The notes under the pieces: generated by a model
What the model was told of the DNA's origin: nothing
Seen by the model: only the letters and a program-made list of their open reading frames with translations
Database searches by the model: none
Shown here: one piece after another, positions 1 to 11,236 of the stretch
Numbering within the stretch: the stretch's first letter is position 1
Layout: the number at the start of each line of letters is the position of its first letter
Position numbers and translations under genes: made by a program
NCBI RefSeq assembly: GCF_003334785.1
Contig: NZ_QOWV01000004.1
DNA: 64,000 bases
Source of the DNA: Escherichia coli
GTDB lineage: Bacteria; Pseudomonadota; Gammaproteobacteria; Enterobacterales; Enterobacteriaceae
Reading direction: 5' to 3' (one strand)

Positions 1-1082
1 ATTTTAGTTTTAATGAAGCCAATACCCGCAATTGGGACTATAACAGTCGCCAAAAAAGTGAAATTCAATTCAACATCAGCCAGACAATATTTGATGGGGT
101 AAGTCTGTATGCCTCCGGTTCGCAGCAAGACTATTGGGGCAATAACGATAAAAACAGGAATATCTCTGTTGGGGTTTCCGGCCAGCAATGGGGAGTTGGT
201 TACAGCCTGAATTATCAATACAGCCGCTACACTGATCAAAATAATGACCGCGCACTCTCTTTGAATCTCAGTATTCCGTTAGAACGCTGGTTACCGCGTA
301 GCCGGGTTTCCTATCAGATGACCAGCCAGAAAGATCGCCCAACCCAACATGAAATGCGTCTTGATGGCTCACTGCTGGATGATGGTCGCCTGAGCTATAG
401 CCTGGAACAAAGTCTGGATGACGATAACAACCATAACAGTAGCCTGAACGCCAGTTACCGTTCACCTTATGGCACCTTCAGTGCCGGATACAGCTACGGT
501 AATGACAGCAGCCAATACAATTACGGCGTTACCGGCGGCGTGGTTATCCATCCTCATGGCGTGACGCTCTCGCAATATCTGGGCAACGCTTTTGCGCTTA
601 TCGATGCTAACGGAGCATCTGGCGTGAGGATACAAAACTATCCGGGGATTGCTACCGATCCTTTTGGCTATGCAGTGGTTCCTTATCTCACAACTTATCA
701 GGAAAACCGTCTCTCGGTAGATACTACGCAGCTGCCCGATAACGTCGATCTTGAACAAACAACACAGTTTGTGGTGCCCAACAGAGGTGCAATGGTAGCG
801 GCGCGTTTCAACGCCAATATCGGTTATCGCGTACTTGTTACAGTCAGCGATCGCAACGGTAAACCGTTGCCCTTTGGCGCTCTTGCCAGCAACGATGATA
901 CAGGGCAACAAAGTATCGTCGATGAGGGCGGCATACTATATCTCTCTGGGATATCGAGTAAATCACAAAGCTGGACTGTACGCTGGGGAAATCAGGCAGA
1001 TCAACAATGTCAGTTTGCTTTCAGTACACCGGATTCAGAACCTACAACCTCTGTATTACAAGGCACAGCGCAGTGCCATTAA
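1..1082 (+). CDS. yraJ: Fimbrial outer-membrane usher, C-terminal part (gene begins upstream of window; codon phase starts at position 3)
   Basis: Frame 3 is open from the window edge to TAA 1080-1082. The translation (FSFNEANTRNWDYNS...RFNANIGYRVLVTV...C..C) looks like a chaperone-usher usher C-terminus. A fimbrial-subunit-like gene follows 10 nt later. Confidence 0.85.
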   Translation, partial: FSFNEANTRNWDYNSRQKSEIQFNISQTIFDGVSLYASGSQQDYWGNNDKNRNISVGVSGQQWGVGYSLNYQYSRYTDQNNDRALSLNLSIPLERWLPRSRVSYQMTSQKDRPTQHEMRLDGSLLDDGRLSYSLEQSLDDDNNHNSSLNASYRSPYGTFSAGYSYGNDSSQYNYGVTGGVVIHPHGVTLSQYLGNAFALIDANGASGVRIQNYPGIATDPFGYAVVPYLTTYQENRLSVDTTQLPDNVDLEQTTQFVVPNRGAMVAARFNANIGYRVLVTVSDRNGKPLPFGALASNDDTGQQSIVDEGGILYLSGISSKSQSWTVRWGNQADQQCQFAFSTPDSEPTTSVLQGTAQCH

Positions 1083-1092
1083 GGATAAAAAA

Positions 1093-2184
1093 ATGAAAAG
1101 AGCGCCTCTTATAACAGGTCTTTTGTTGATATCCACATCCTGCGCTTATGCCTCCTCAGGAGGGTGTGGAGCCGACAGCACTAGCGGTGCGACAAATTAC
1201 AGCAGTGTGGTTGATGATGTTACGGTGAACCAGACAGATAACGTGACAGGACGGGAGTTTACCTCTGCAACGCTAAGTAGCACTAACTGGCAATACGCCT
1301 GTTCCTGCTCTGCGGGTAAGGCAGTTAAACTTGTCTATATGGTCAGCCCCGTACTTACCACCACTGGACATCAGACAGGATATTACAAACTCAATGACAG
1401 CCTGGATATTAAAACCACATTACAGGCAAACGACATTCCAGGACTCACAACCGACCAGGTTGTCTCTGTTAACACCCGATTCACACAGATAAAAAACAAC
1501 ACGGTATATTCTGCTGCAACCCAAACGGGTGTTTGCCAGGGTGATACGTCTCGTTATGGACCCGTTAATATTGGTGCGAACACCACCTTTACCCTGTATG
1601 TCACCAAGCCATTTCTCGGCTCGATGACCATTCCGAAAACGGATATTGCCGTCATTAAAGGCGCGTGGGTCGATGGAATGGGAAGCCCGTCTACAGGTGA
1701 CTTCCATGATTTAGTCAAGTTATCGATTCAGGGAAATCTCACCGCCCCACAGTCGTGCAAAATTAATCAGGGCGATGTTATTAAGGTTAATTTTGGATTC
1801 ATCAATGGTCAGAAGTTTACCACCCGCAATGCCATGCCAGACGGTTTTACTCCAGTAGACTTTGATATCACTTATGACTGTGGTGATACTTCAAAGATTA
1901 AAAACTCGTTGCAAATGCGCATCGACGGTACAACTGGGGTAGTAGACCAGTACAACCTGGTCGCCAGGCGAAGAAGTTCAGACAATGTGCCCGATGTCGG
2001 TATTCGTATTGAAAATCTCGGCGGCGGAGTTGCAAATATTCCTTTTCAGAACGGTATCCTTCCCGTTGATCCTTCCGGGCATGGCACCGTCAATATGCGC
2101 GCCTGGCCAGTTAATCTGGTCGGTGGTGAGCTGGAAACAGGAAAATTTCAGGGCACAGCCACCATTACCGTCATCGTGCGGTAA
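1093..2184 (+). CDS. yraK: Fimbrial adhesin-like subunit (363 aa)
   Basis: The track ORF is over-extended to 835. ATG 1093 is preceded by AAGGA (1081-1085) and gives the signal peptide MKRAPLITGLLLISTSCAYA. It is the last gene of the usher operon. Confidence 0.85.
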   Translation: MKRAPLITGLLLISTSCAYASSGGCGADSTSGATNYSSVVDDVTVNQTDNVTGREFTSATLSSTNWQYACSCSAGKAVKLVYMVSPVLTTTGHQTGYYKLNDSLDIKTTLQANDIPGLTTDQVVSVNTRFTQIKNNTVYSAATQTGVCQGDTSRYGPVNIGANTTFTLYVTKPFLGSMTIPKTDIAVIKGAWVDGMGSPSTGDFHDLVKLSIQGNLTAPQSCKINQGDVIKVNFGFINGQKFTTRNAMPDGFTPVDFDITYDCGDTSKIKNSLQMRIDGTTGVVDQYNLVARRRSSDNVPDVGIRIENLGGGVANIPFQNGILPVDPSGHGTVNMRAWPVNLVGGELETGKFQGTATITVIVR

Positions 2185-2219
2185 AAGAAGACGTTGCGTT
2201 TTGATTAACGCAACGCTTC
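2184..2219 (-). terminator. Hairpin terminator between convergent yraK and rsmI
   Basis: Arms GAAGaCGTTGCG (2187-2198) and CGCAACGCTTC (2209-2219). A T-rich tract follows only on the minus strand (..TCTTCTTTTAC), so this probably terminates rsmI. Confidence 0.45.
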
Positions 2220-2226
2220 GGCACTG

Positions 2227-3087
2227 TTACCCCTGCTGCTCCAGCGCATACTTATACAGCGCATTTTTCTTCACGCCGTGAATTTCTGCGGCCAGCGCCG
2301 CCGCTTTTTTCAGCGGCAGTTCTGCCTGTAGCAGCGCCAGCGTGCGCAGGGCATCGGCGGGTAAGTCTTCTTCCTGTGCTTTATGACCTTCGACAATCAG
2401 CACCATTTCGCCTTTGCGACGGTTTTCATCTTCCTTTACCCACGCCAGCAGCTCGCCAACGGGCGCGCCGTGAATGGTTTCCCAGGTTTTGGTCAGCTCA
2501 CGCGCCAGAACCACGTAGCGGGATTCGCCTAATACCGCAACGATATCTTCCAGGCTATCTAACAGACGGTGGGTAGATTCATAAAAAATCAGCGTGCGCG
2601 GCTCCGCTTCAATGGCTTTTAGCGCATCACGGCGGCCTTTTGATTTGGCAGGTAAAAAGCCTTCGTAACAGAAACGGTCAGAGGGTAAACCCGCTGCGCT
2701 TAACGCAGTGATAGCAGCACACGGCCCGGGTAGCGGCACCACGCGGATCCCCGCTTCACGGCAGGTACGCACCAGATGGTAGCCAGGATCGTTAATTAGC
2801 GGCGTTCCGGCATCGGAAACCAGCGCAATGTTTTGCCCCTCTTGCAGCTTCGCCAGCAGCGTTTCAGCTTTTTGTTGTTCGTTATGGTCGTGCAGCGCAA
2901 ACAACCGGGCATTAATCCCAAAATGTTGCAGCAATAAACCGGTGTGACGAGTATCCTCGGCGGCAATCAGATCAACGGCCTGTAATACCTCTAACGCACG
3001 CTGGGTGATATCCGCCAGATTGCCGATTGGCGTCGGTACAATGTAAAGCTGGCCCTGAGAATTATCCGCCGATTGGTGTTGTTTCAT
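2227..3087 (-). CDS. rsmI: 16S rRNA C1402 2'-O-methyltransferase (286 aa)
   Basis: Full-length ORF. It has tetrapyrrole-methylase-fold motifs ([22 protein letters not shown]) and I recognise it as YraL/RsmI. Confidence 0.93.
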
Positions 3088-3151
3088 TGTGTCGTCCGTA
3101 TTGCCGATTTAATATTGAGCATTGCGTAAAAAAAATATCACTGGATACATT

Positions 3152-5188
3152 ATGGTACCCTCAACATTTTCTCGTTTGAAAGCCGCGCGTTGTCTGCCTG
3201 TTGTTCTGGCAGCCCTGATTTTCGCCGGTTGTGGCACCCATACTCCCGATCAGTCCACTGCTTATATGCAGGGCACGGCGCAGGCTGATTCTGCCTTTTA
3301 TCTTCAGCAGATGCAGCAAAGCTCTGATGATACCAGGATCAACTGGCAATTACTCGCCATTCGTGCACTGGTGAAAGAAGGTAAAACCGGGCAGGCGGTT
3401 GAGTTGTTTAACCAACTACCGCAAGAACTGAACGATGCTCAGCGTCGCGAGAAAACACTGCTGGCGGTAGAGATTAAACTGGCGCAGAAAGATTTTGCTG
3501 GCGCGCAAAACTTGCTGGCGAAAATCACACCTGCCGATTTAGAACAAAACCAGCAAGCGCGTTACTGGCAGGCAAAAATCGATGCCAGCCAGGGGCGTCC
3601 TTCCATTGATTTACTGCGCGCGTTAATTGCTCAGGAACCGCTGCTTGGCGCGAAAGAAAAACAGCAGAATATTGATGCCACCTGGCAGGCGCTCTCCTCC
3701 ATGACTCAGGAACAGGCGAATACGCTGGTGATCAACGCCGACGAAAATATTCTGCAAGGCTGGCTGGATCTGCAGCGCGTCTGGTTTGATAACCGTAACG
3801 ATCCCGACATGATGAAAGCCGGGATCGCCGACTGGCAGAAACGTTATCCGAACAATCCGGGCGCGAAAATGCTGCCAACGCAGTTGGTTAACGTAAAAGC
3901 GTTTAAACCAGCCTCGACCAACAAAATCGCCCTGCTGTTGCCACTGAATGGCCAGGCAGCGGTATTTGGTCGCACTATTCAGCAAGGCTTTGAAGCGGCG
4001 AAAAATATCGGCACTCAGCCAGTGGCAGCTCAGGTAGCTGCCGCACCTGCCGCAGACGTAGCTGAACAACCTCAGCCGCAAACCGTGGATGGCGTTGCCA
4101 GCCCGGCACAAGCCTCGGTTAGCGATCTGACCGGTGAACAGCCTGCAGCCCAGCCGGTGCCTGTAAGCGCCCCGGCGACAAGCACCGCAGCGGTAAGCGC
4201 ACCCGCAAATCCATCCGCAGAGCTGAAAATCTACGATACCTCATCACAACCACTTAGCCAGATCTTAAGCCAGGTTCAGCAGGATGGCGCGAGTATTGTG
4301 GTCGGTCCGTTGCTGAAAAATAACGTTGAAGAGTTGCTGAAGAGCAACACTCCGCTGAACGTACTGGCACTGAACCAGCCGGAGAATATCGAAAATCGCG
4401 TCAATATTTGTTACTTCGCGCTTTCACCGGAAGACGAAGCGCGCGATGCAGCGCGTCATATTCGTGACCAGGGTAAACAAGCGCCGCTGGTGCTGATCCC
4501 ACGCAGTTCATTGGGCGATCGCGTAGCCAATGCGTTTGCGCAAGAGTGGCAGAAACTGGGCGGCGGCACCGTTCTGCAACAAAAATTTGGTTCCACCAGC
4601 GAATTACGCGCGGGTGTTAACGGCGGTTCTGGTATTGCTTTAACGGGTAGCCCGATTACTCTCAGAGCGACAACCGACTCCGGCATGACGACCAACAATC
4701 CAACGCTGCAAACCACGCCAACCGATGACCAGTTCACCAATAATGGCGGTCGTGTCGATGCGGTGTACATTGTGGCAACGCCGGGTGAAATCGCTTTTAT
4801 CAAACCGATGATCGCCATGCGTAACGGTAGCCAGAGCGGTGCAACGCTGTACGCCAGCTCCCGCAGTGCGCAAGGGACCGCTGGCCCGGATTTCCGACTG
4901 GAGATGGAAGGCTTGCAGTACAGCGAAATCCCGATGCTGGCAGGCGGTAATCTACCGTTAATGCAGCAGGCACTCAGCGCGGTGAATAACGATTATTCAC
5001 TGGCTCGCATGTATGCGATGGGCGTCGATGCCTGGTCGCTGGCAAATCATTTCTCACAAATGCGCCAGGTTCAGGGTTTTGAAATCAACGGTAATACCGG
5101 AAGCCTGACGGCTAACCCGGATTGCGTGATTAACAGGAACTTATCATGGCTACAGTACCAACAAGGTCAGGTAGTCCCCGTCAGTTAA
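3152..5188 (+). CDS. lpoA: Outer-membrane lipoprotein activator of PBP1A (678 aa)
   Basis: ATG 3152 gives a lipobox (LIFAGC). TPR-like N-terminal half, Ala/Pro/Gln-rich linker and periplasmic-binding-protein-like C-terminal half. Recognised as YraM/LpoA. Confidence 0.93.
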   Translation: MVPSTFSRLKAARCLPVVLAALIFAGCGTHTPDQSTAYMQGTAQADSAFYLQQMQQSSDDTRINWQLLAIRALVKEGKTGQAVELFNQLPQELNDAQRREKTLLAVEIKLAQKDFAGAQNLLAKITPADLEQNQQARYWQAKIDASQGRPSIDLLRALIAQEPLLGAKEKQQNIDATWQALSSMTQEQANTLVINADENILQGWLDLQRVWFDNRNDPDMMKAGIADWQKRYPNNPGAKMLPTQLVNVKAFKPASTNKIALLLPLNGQAAVFGRTIQQGFEAAKNIGTQPVAAQVAAAPAADVAEQPQPQTVDGVASPAQASVSDLTGEQPAAQPVPVSAPATSTAAVSAPANPSAELKIYDTSSQPLSQILSQVQQDGASIVVGPLLKNNVEELLKSNTPLNVLALNQPENIENRVNICYFALSPEDEARDAARHIRDQGKQAPLVLIPRSSLGDRVANAFAQEWQKLGGGTVLQQKFGSTSELRAGVNGGSGIALTGSPITLRATTDSGMTTNNPTLQTTPTDDQFTNNGGRVDAVYIVATPGEIAFIKPMIAMRNGSQSGATLYASSRSAQGTAGPDFRLEMEGLQYSEIPMLAGGNLPLMQQALSAVNNDYSLARMYAMGVDAWSLANHFSQMRQVQGFEINGNTGSLTANPDCVINRNLSWLQYQQGQVVPVS

Positions 5189-5541
5189 CCACCAAACAGA
5201 CCGGCGATGCGTGGGAAGCACAAGCGCGTCGCTGGCTGGAAGGCAAAGGACTGCGGTTTATCGCCGCTAACGTGAACGAGCGTGGCGGCGAGATCGATCT
5301 GATAATGCGTGAAGGCCGGACCACCATTTTTGTCGAGGTACGCTATCGCCGCTCTGCGCTTTATGGCGGCGCGGCAGCCAGTGTGACCCGCAGCAAACAA
5401 CACAAATTATTACAGACTGCCCGCTTGTGGCTCGCGCGTCATAATGGGAGTTTTGATACTGTGGATTGCCGGTTCGATGTGGTAGCCTTCACCGGGAATG
5501 AGGTTGAGTGGATTAAGGATGCCTTTAATGACCACTCATAA
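5146..5541 (+). CDS. yraN: UPF0102 family protein, endonuclease-like fold (131 aa)
   Basis: ORF with its only ATG at 5146, overlapping the lpoA 3' end by 43 nt. Recognised as YraN. Confidence 0.85.
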   Translation: MATVPTRSGSPRQLTTKQTGDAWEAQARRWLEGKGLRFIAANVNERGGEIDLIMREGRTTIFVEVRYRRSALYGGAAASVTRSKQHKLLQTARLWLARHNGSFDTVDCRFDVVAFTGNEVEWIKDAFNDHS

Positions 5542-5560
5542 TTAAGGTTTAAGGATTAGC

Positions 5561-6151
5561 GTGCAAGAAAGAATTAAAGCTTGCTTCACTGAAAGCATTC
5601 AAACTCAAATTGCGGCGGCAGAGGCGCTTCCGGATGCCATCTCCCGTGCAGCCATGACGCTGGTTCAGTCTCTGCTCAATGGCAACAAAATCCTCTGTTG
5701 TGGTAATGGAACTTCCGCTGCCAATGCACAGCATTTTGCTGCCAGCATGATCAACCGTTTCGAAACGGAGCGGCCCAGCTTACCTGCCATTGCACTAAAT
5801 ACTGATAATGTTGTCTTAACGGCGATTGCCAACGATCGCTTACATGATGAAGTGTATGCAAAACAGGTGCGGGCGCTGGGTCATGCGGGAGATGTATTGT
5901 TAGCCATTTCCACCCGTGGCAACAGCCGCGATATTGTTAAAGCAGTTGAAGCCGCCGTTACGCGTGATATGACCATTGTGGCATTGACCGGCTATGACGG
6001 CGGCGAACTTGCAGGTTTGTTAGGGCCACAGGATGTGGAGATCCGCATTCCTTCGCATCGTAGTGCTCGCATTCAGGAAATGCATATGCTGACGGTAAAT
6101 TGCCTGTGCGATCTGATCGATAACACGCTTTTCCCTCACCAGGATGATTAA
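5561..6151 (+). CDS. diaA: DnaA initiator-associating protein, SIS domain (196 aa)
   Basis: GTG start 5 nt after AAGGA (5551-5555). SIS-domain sequence ([14 protein letters not shown]). Recognised as DiaA. Confidence 0.92.
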
Positions 6152-6160
6152 GGAGAATAC

Positions 6161-6736
6161 ATGAAGGCATTATCGCCAATCGCAGTCCTTATTTCCGCGC
6201 TGCTGTTGCAAGGTTGTGTTGCCGCTGCCGTAGTGGGTACCGCTGCTGTGGGTACCAAAGCCGCAACTGACCCACGCAGTGTCGGCACCCAGGTGGACGA
6301 TGGTACCCTGGAAGTGCGCGTGAACAGCGCATTGTCGAAAGACGAACAGATTAAGAAAGAAGCGCGCATTAATGTAACGGCCTATCAGGGCAAAGTGCTG
6401 CTGGTTGGGCAGTCACCAAATGCTGAACTTTCGGCTCGCGCCAAACAGATTGCTATGGGCGTAGACGGTGCCAACGAAGTGTATAACGAGATTCGTCAGG
6501 GCCAGCCGATTGGTCTGGGCGAAGCATCTAACGATACGTGGATCACCACCAAAGTGCGTTCGCAGCTCTTAACCAGCGACCTGGTGAAATCGTCCAACGT
6601 GAAAGTGACCACCGAAAACGGTGAAGTGTTCCTGATGGGGCTGGTGACTGAACGTGAAGCGAAAGCGGCGGCAGATATTGCCAGCCGGGTGAGCGGCGTG
6701 AAGCGGGTAACTACGGCGTTTACGTTTATTAAATAG
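6161..6736 (+). CDS. dolP: Division/outer-membrane stress lipoprotein with two BON domains (191 aa)
   Basis: Lipobox LLLQGC and a duplicated BON-like segment. Recognised as YraP/DolP. Confidence 0.92.
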   Translation: MKALSPIAVLISALLLQGCVAAAVVGTAAVGTKAATDPRSVGTQVDDGTLEVRVNSALSKDEQIKKEARINVTAYQGKVLLVGQSPNAELSARAKQIAMGVDGANEVYNEIRQGQPIGLGEASNDTWITTKVRSQLLTSDLVKSSNVKVTTENGEVFLMGLVTEREAKAAADIASRVSGVKRVTTAFTFIK

Positions 6737-6750
6737 CAGCCCCTTGTAAT

Positions 6751-6836
6751 GCCTGATGCGACGCTTGCCGCGTCTTATCAGGCCTACAACGATACAAACC
6801 GTAGGTCAGATAAGGCGTTTACGCCGCATCCGACAT
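6751..6836. repeat. REP pair (BIME)
   Basis: GCCTGATGCGACGCTTGCCGCGTCTTATCAGGCCTAC and GTAGGTCAGATAAGGCGTTTACGCCGCATCCGACAT are two inverted REP units between convergent dolP and yraQ. Confidence 0.85.
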
Positions 6837-6849
6837 GTTTTCCCTCAAA

Positions 6850-7890
6850 TCAGAACAACAGCGCCAGCCCGCCGACAATCACACCAGACACTGCCACCAT
6901 CGCCCCTGTCAGCCATAAGGCTTTCGCCGGGAACGCTTTGCGCAGCATAATCAGTGACGGCAAACTCACTGCCGGGAGCGTCATCAACAATGCCAGCGCC
7001 GGAGCGGTTCCCATACCTGCCAGCATCATCGTTTGTACAATCGGAATTTCTGCTGCCGTGGGAATGACAAACAAGCATCCTGCTACCGCCATCGCCACCA
7101 CCCACATCAGGCTGTTATCGACAGCACCATCGGCATGGGGGAATAACCAGACGCGAGCGGCACCCAACACCAGTACTGCAAGGATGTAAACCGGGATCGT
7201 ACTCCAGAAAAGCGTCCATAGCGCCCTGCCCCAGCGGCTAAAAAACCCGCCCTGTGCTTCCGGTATGTCAATTTCGACCGGTGCCTGCGTTTGCGGTGTT
7301 TCACGCACCCATTTTTGCACCAGCGTCGCAATCAGCAACACCATCACCAGCCCGGCCACCAGACGAATCGCCGCAAAACCCCAGCCGAGGACAAAGCCCA
7401 TAAACACCAGCGTCGCCGGGTTTAACACCGGATTGCCCATCCAGAATGCCAGCGCACCGCCCATCGACACCTGTTGGCGACGCATTCCCGCCGCGACCGG
7501 AGCCGCACAGCAGGTACACATCATGCCCGGCAACGAAAACAGCGTTCCCAGCAGCGTGCCGCGAAAGCGCGATTGCCCAAGCGTACGCAACAACCAGTCA
7601 CGCGGGATCAGCACCTGAATCAACGAACCGAGGATCACCCCCAGCACCGCCGCTTTCCATACCGCGAGGAAATAGATCATCGCGTAATCCAACGCCGCCT
7701 GCCATGGGTTAGCATCCGCCTGCGCAAGGATAGATTTACCGATACTGTGGGTTTCGGCAGCAGTAAACGCTTTGCCGTAGTAAGGTTCCCATTTCACATA
7801 CCAGAGACCGGCAATGACAACGAGAAAGAAAAGCGCGGGTTTCCACCACTGAATGGGCGTTGCCGCCTGAGATGAAGACTGACCAGTCAT
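6850..7890 (-). CDS. yraQ: Predicted inner-membrane permease (346 aa), ArsP-like family
   Basis: Full ORF that is very hydrophobic with multiple TM segments. Intramembrane CTCC motif (codons 125-128). Recognised as YraQ. Confidence 0.88.
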   Translation of the reverse strand: MTGQSSSQAATPIQWWKPALFFLVVIAGLWYVKWEPYYGKAFTAAETHSIGKSILAQADANPWQAALDYAMIYFLAVWKAAVLGVILGSLIQVLIPRDWLLRTLGQSRFRGTLLGTLFSLPGMMCTCCAAPVAAGMRRQQVSMGGALAFWMGNPVLNPATLVFMGFVLGWGFAAIRLVAGLVMVLLIATLVQKWVRETPQTQAPVEIDIPEAQGGFFSRWGRALWTLFWSTIPVYILAVLVLGAARVWLFPHADGAVDNSLMWVVAMAVAGCLFVIPTAAEIPIVQTMMLAGMGTAPALALLMTLPAVSLPSLIMLRKAFPAKALWLTGAMVAVSGVIVGGLALLF

Positions 7891-7962
7891 AGCATTCCCC
7901 AGGAATAAGTTATGATAATTGAGCGCGTGAATATTACGCTCACTATCAATTCTTGGGAATAA

Positions 7963-8650
<688 letters not shown>

Positions 8651-8651
8651 T

Positions 8652-9223
<572 letters not shown>

Positions 9224-9244
<21 letters not shown>

Positions 9245-9667
9245 GTCGCGTAGCCAAATCATTTTTTTACCAAAGCCCAGCGTGTTGTCGGTGAATTTGA
9301 TTTCATCGAGCCGGATTTCCCACACCGGGGCCGACAGCATTCTGGCAACCGGAAAGCGACGATTGTACGCCTTGCGCGCGAGGTCGCTTTCCTCACCTTC
9401 CAGCCTGCGGATCTCACCTTTAAACTGCACACCGCGAATTAACGCTACCGTTTTCGGCTGACCGTTTACCGTTCCGGCAACCGCAGCCTGCGGCCCACTC
9501 ATCTGCGCGTGGCGCGTTTTTTCTTCCGTCAAAATGTAGAAGGCGACTTTCTGCGCATCAAAAAGATAAAAGGCATTAGCGCACCAGAGTTCCCCTTCCT
9601 GCTGCACACACCAAGTGACAACATGTTGTTTTGCCAGCCAACGGCTGATGGCGATGAGTGTTTCCAT
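9224..9667 (-). CDS. yhbP: Pyridoxamine-5'-phosphate-oxidase-like protein, UPF0306 (147 aa)
   Basis: Full ORF. Its 3' end overlaps the yhbO 3' end by 21 nt. Recognised as YhbP. Confidence 0.85.
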
Positions 9668-9717
9668 TGCTGTTCTCTTTTATACTGTGGGCCTGACCTT
9701 AACATGCGACGCAGACG

Positions 9718-10020
9718 ATGACACCCTGGTTTCTTTACTTGATCCGTACCGCCGACAATAAGCTTTATACCGGGATCACCACGGATGTCGAACGCCGCTA
9801 TCAGCAGCACCAAAGCGGCAAAGGGGCGAAAGCACTGCGCGGGAAAGGAGAACTAACGCTGGTGTTTTCCGCGCCAGTGGGCGATCGTTCGCTGGCGTTA
9901 CGGGCGGAATATCGCGTTAAGCAACTGACCAAACGGCAAAAAGAGCGTCTGGTAGCGGAAGGCGCAGGGTTTGCAGAGCTGTTAAGCAGTCTGCAAACCC
10001 CGGAGATTAAAAGCGATTGA
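9718..10020 (+). CDS. yhbQ: GIY-YIG domain nuclease-like protein (100 aa)
   Basis: N-terminal [28 protein letters not shown] is a GIY-YIG motif. Recognised as YhbQ. Confidence 0.88.
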   Translation: MTPWFLYLIRTADNKLYTGITTDVERRYQQHQSGKGAKALRGKGELTLVFSAPVGDRSLALRAEYRVKQLTKRQKERLVAEGAGFAELLSSLQTPEIKSD

Positions 10021-10510
10021 AATGCTCGTGATACTCAACCAGGCCGGTAACGCCATTCAGCGCGTCATCCGCTAAACGATGTACCTGGAAGGCGCTTTCA
10101 GTGCCCGGCCAGCGGCAACGCAGATCGTGATGCGCCGCCAGTTCAAAGCCGAAACGACTGTACAGCGCCGGATCGCCCAGCGTCACCACTGCGGCATAGC
10201 CGAACTCATTAAGCGAATCGAGTCCTTCATAGACCAGTTGGCGTGCCAGCCCCTGTCCACGGTATTTTTCATCAACCGCCAACGGTGCCATGCCGACCCA
10301 TTGCAGGTCTTCGCCCTGCACATCAACCGGACTAAATGCCACATAGCCAATGACCTGACCTTCGTCATCTGTCGCCACCAGCCCCAGCGTCAGAAAGCCA
10401 TCTTCACGCAGATCGTGAACCAGCTTCGCTTCCGCATCACTTTCGAATGAGCGACGCAGCAGGGCATCAATACCCGGCGCATCAATGGGAATTTCTACTC
10501 GAATTAGCAT
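10007..10510 (-). CDS. yhbS: GNAT family N-acetyltransferase (167 aa)
   Basis: Acetyl-CoA motif [11 protein letters not shown]. Its ATG overlaps the ubiT stop (ATGCTAA). Recognised as YhbS. Confidence 0.88.
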   Translation of the reverse strand: MLIRVEIPIDAPGIDALLRRSFESDAEAKLVHDLREDGFLTLGLVATDDEGQVIGYVAFSPVDVQGEDLQWVGMAPLAVDEKYRGQGLARQLVYEGLDSLNEFGYAAVVTLGDPALYSRFGFELAAHHDLRCRWPGTESAFQVHRLADDALNGVTGLVEYHEHFNRF

Positions 10511-11028
10511 GGTTCACCTACCGATGTCTGTTTGGTTTCAGGCGCGGTTTTCATTCCCGCCTCAACAAAATCCGCCAGTTGCAGCAGCATCATGCGTAAG
10601 GCTTTCGGCATTTGCTCCAGTTCAATGGCGTCCATCAGGTTTTTCACATACAGCCCCAGCTCCGTATCGCCTTCAATCACCAGCCGACGCTGGAAGAAGA
10701 GCGTATCCGGATCTTGTTTACGCGCCGCAATCATCAGCAGATCGCTGGCGTCGGCACTAAAACTCACATCAGCTTGCGCGTTCTGGCTAACGACCAGTTT
10801 GCCATTCACCACCGAGGTAAACCATTGCAGGTCAATATCACGCACATGAATACTTAACCAGCGGCCTTCAAGAAACTCCAGCTCGCCATCATCCAGCGCC
10901 TGGCGGAATTGCCAGCTTAAGACCTGCTCAAGAACCTGGCGTTTTAGCGCAAATGGCGTCAGTTTTACCGGTACACTCAACAGAGATGGCCCCAAATGCA
11001 CAATACGGGAACGCAGTTTATCCAACAC
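10504..11028 (-). CDS. ubiT: SCP2-domain accessory factor of O2-independent ubiquinone biosynthesis (174 aa from GTG 11028)
   Basis: SCP2-like sequence recognised as YhbT/UbiT. The track ORF begins at TTG 11052. GTG 11026-11028 gives the 174-aa form I recall, but the start choice is not certain. Confidence 0.85.
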   Translation of the reverse strand: MLDKLRSRIVHLGPSLLSVPVKLTPFALKRQVLEQVLSWQFRQALDDGELEFLEGRWLSIHVRDIDLQWFTSVVNGKLVVSQNAQADVSFSADASDLLMIAARKQDPDTLFFQRRLVIEGDTELGLYVKNLMDAIELEQMPKALRMMLLQLADFVEAGMKTAPETKQTSVGEPC

Positions 11029-11236
11029 GAGTTTTACTCCCTGTTTCAACAATCATCCTATTTTGCCATATCAGAAAAATAACATAGCGGTATAAATCAA
11101 CAATTCCATATGAAATTGCTGCTACCACCAATACAACTTTAACTGCCTTAAATCAAAAATTGTCGCAGCAAGGTTAACTAAAATCCCAGTTCGTTAACAT
11201 TTTTGCGTTTTGATAGCGCAACCTTCAGGAAAAATT

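Noticed and set aside
6749-7189. 146-aa plus-strand ORF starting inside the REP pair and running antisense into yraQ
   Set aside because: It starts within a repetitive extragenic palindrome, overlaps the real permease gene and has no SD.
11053-11236. Search for FNR sites (TTGAT-N4-ATCAA) in the ubiT-ubiU divergent region
   Set aside because: Only half-site-quality matches were found, for example TTGATAGCGCAACC near 11210. FNR control of ubiTUV is reported, but I cannot place the sites confidently by eye, so no feature is reported.
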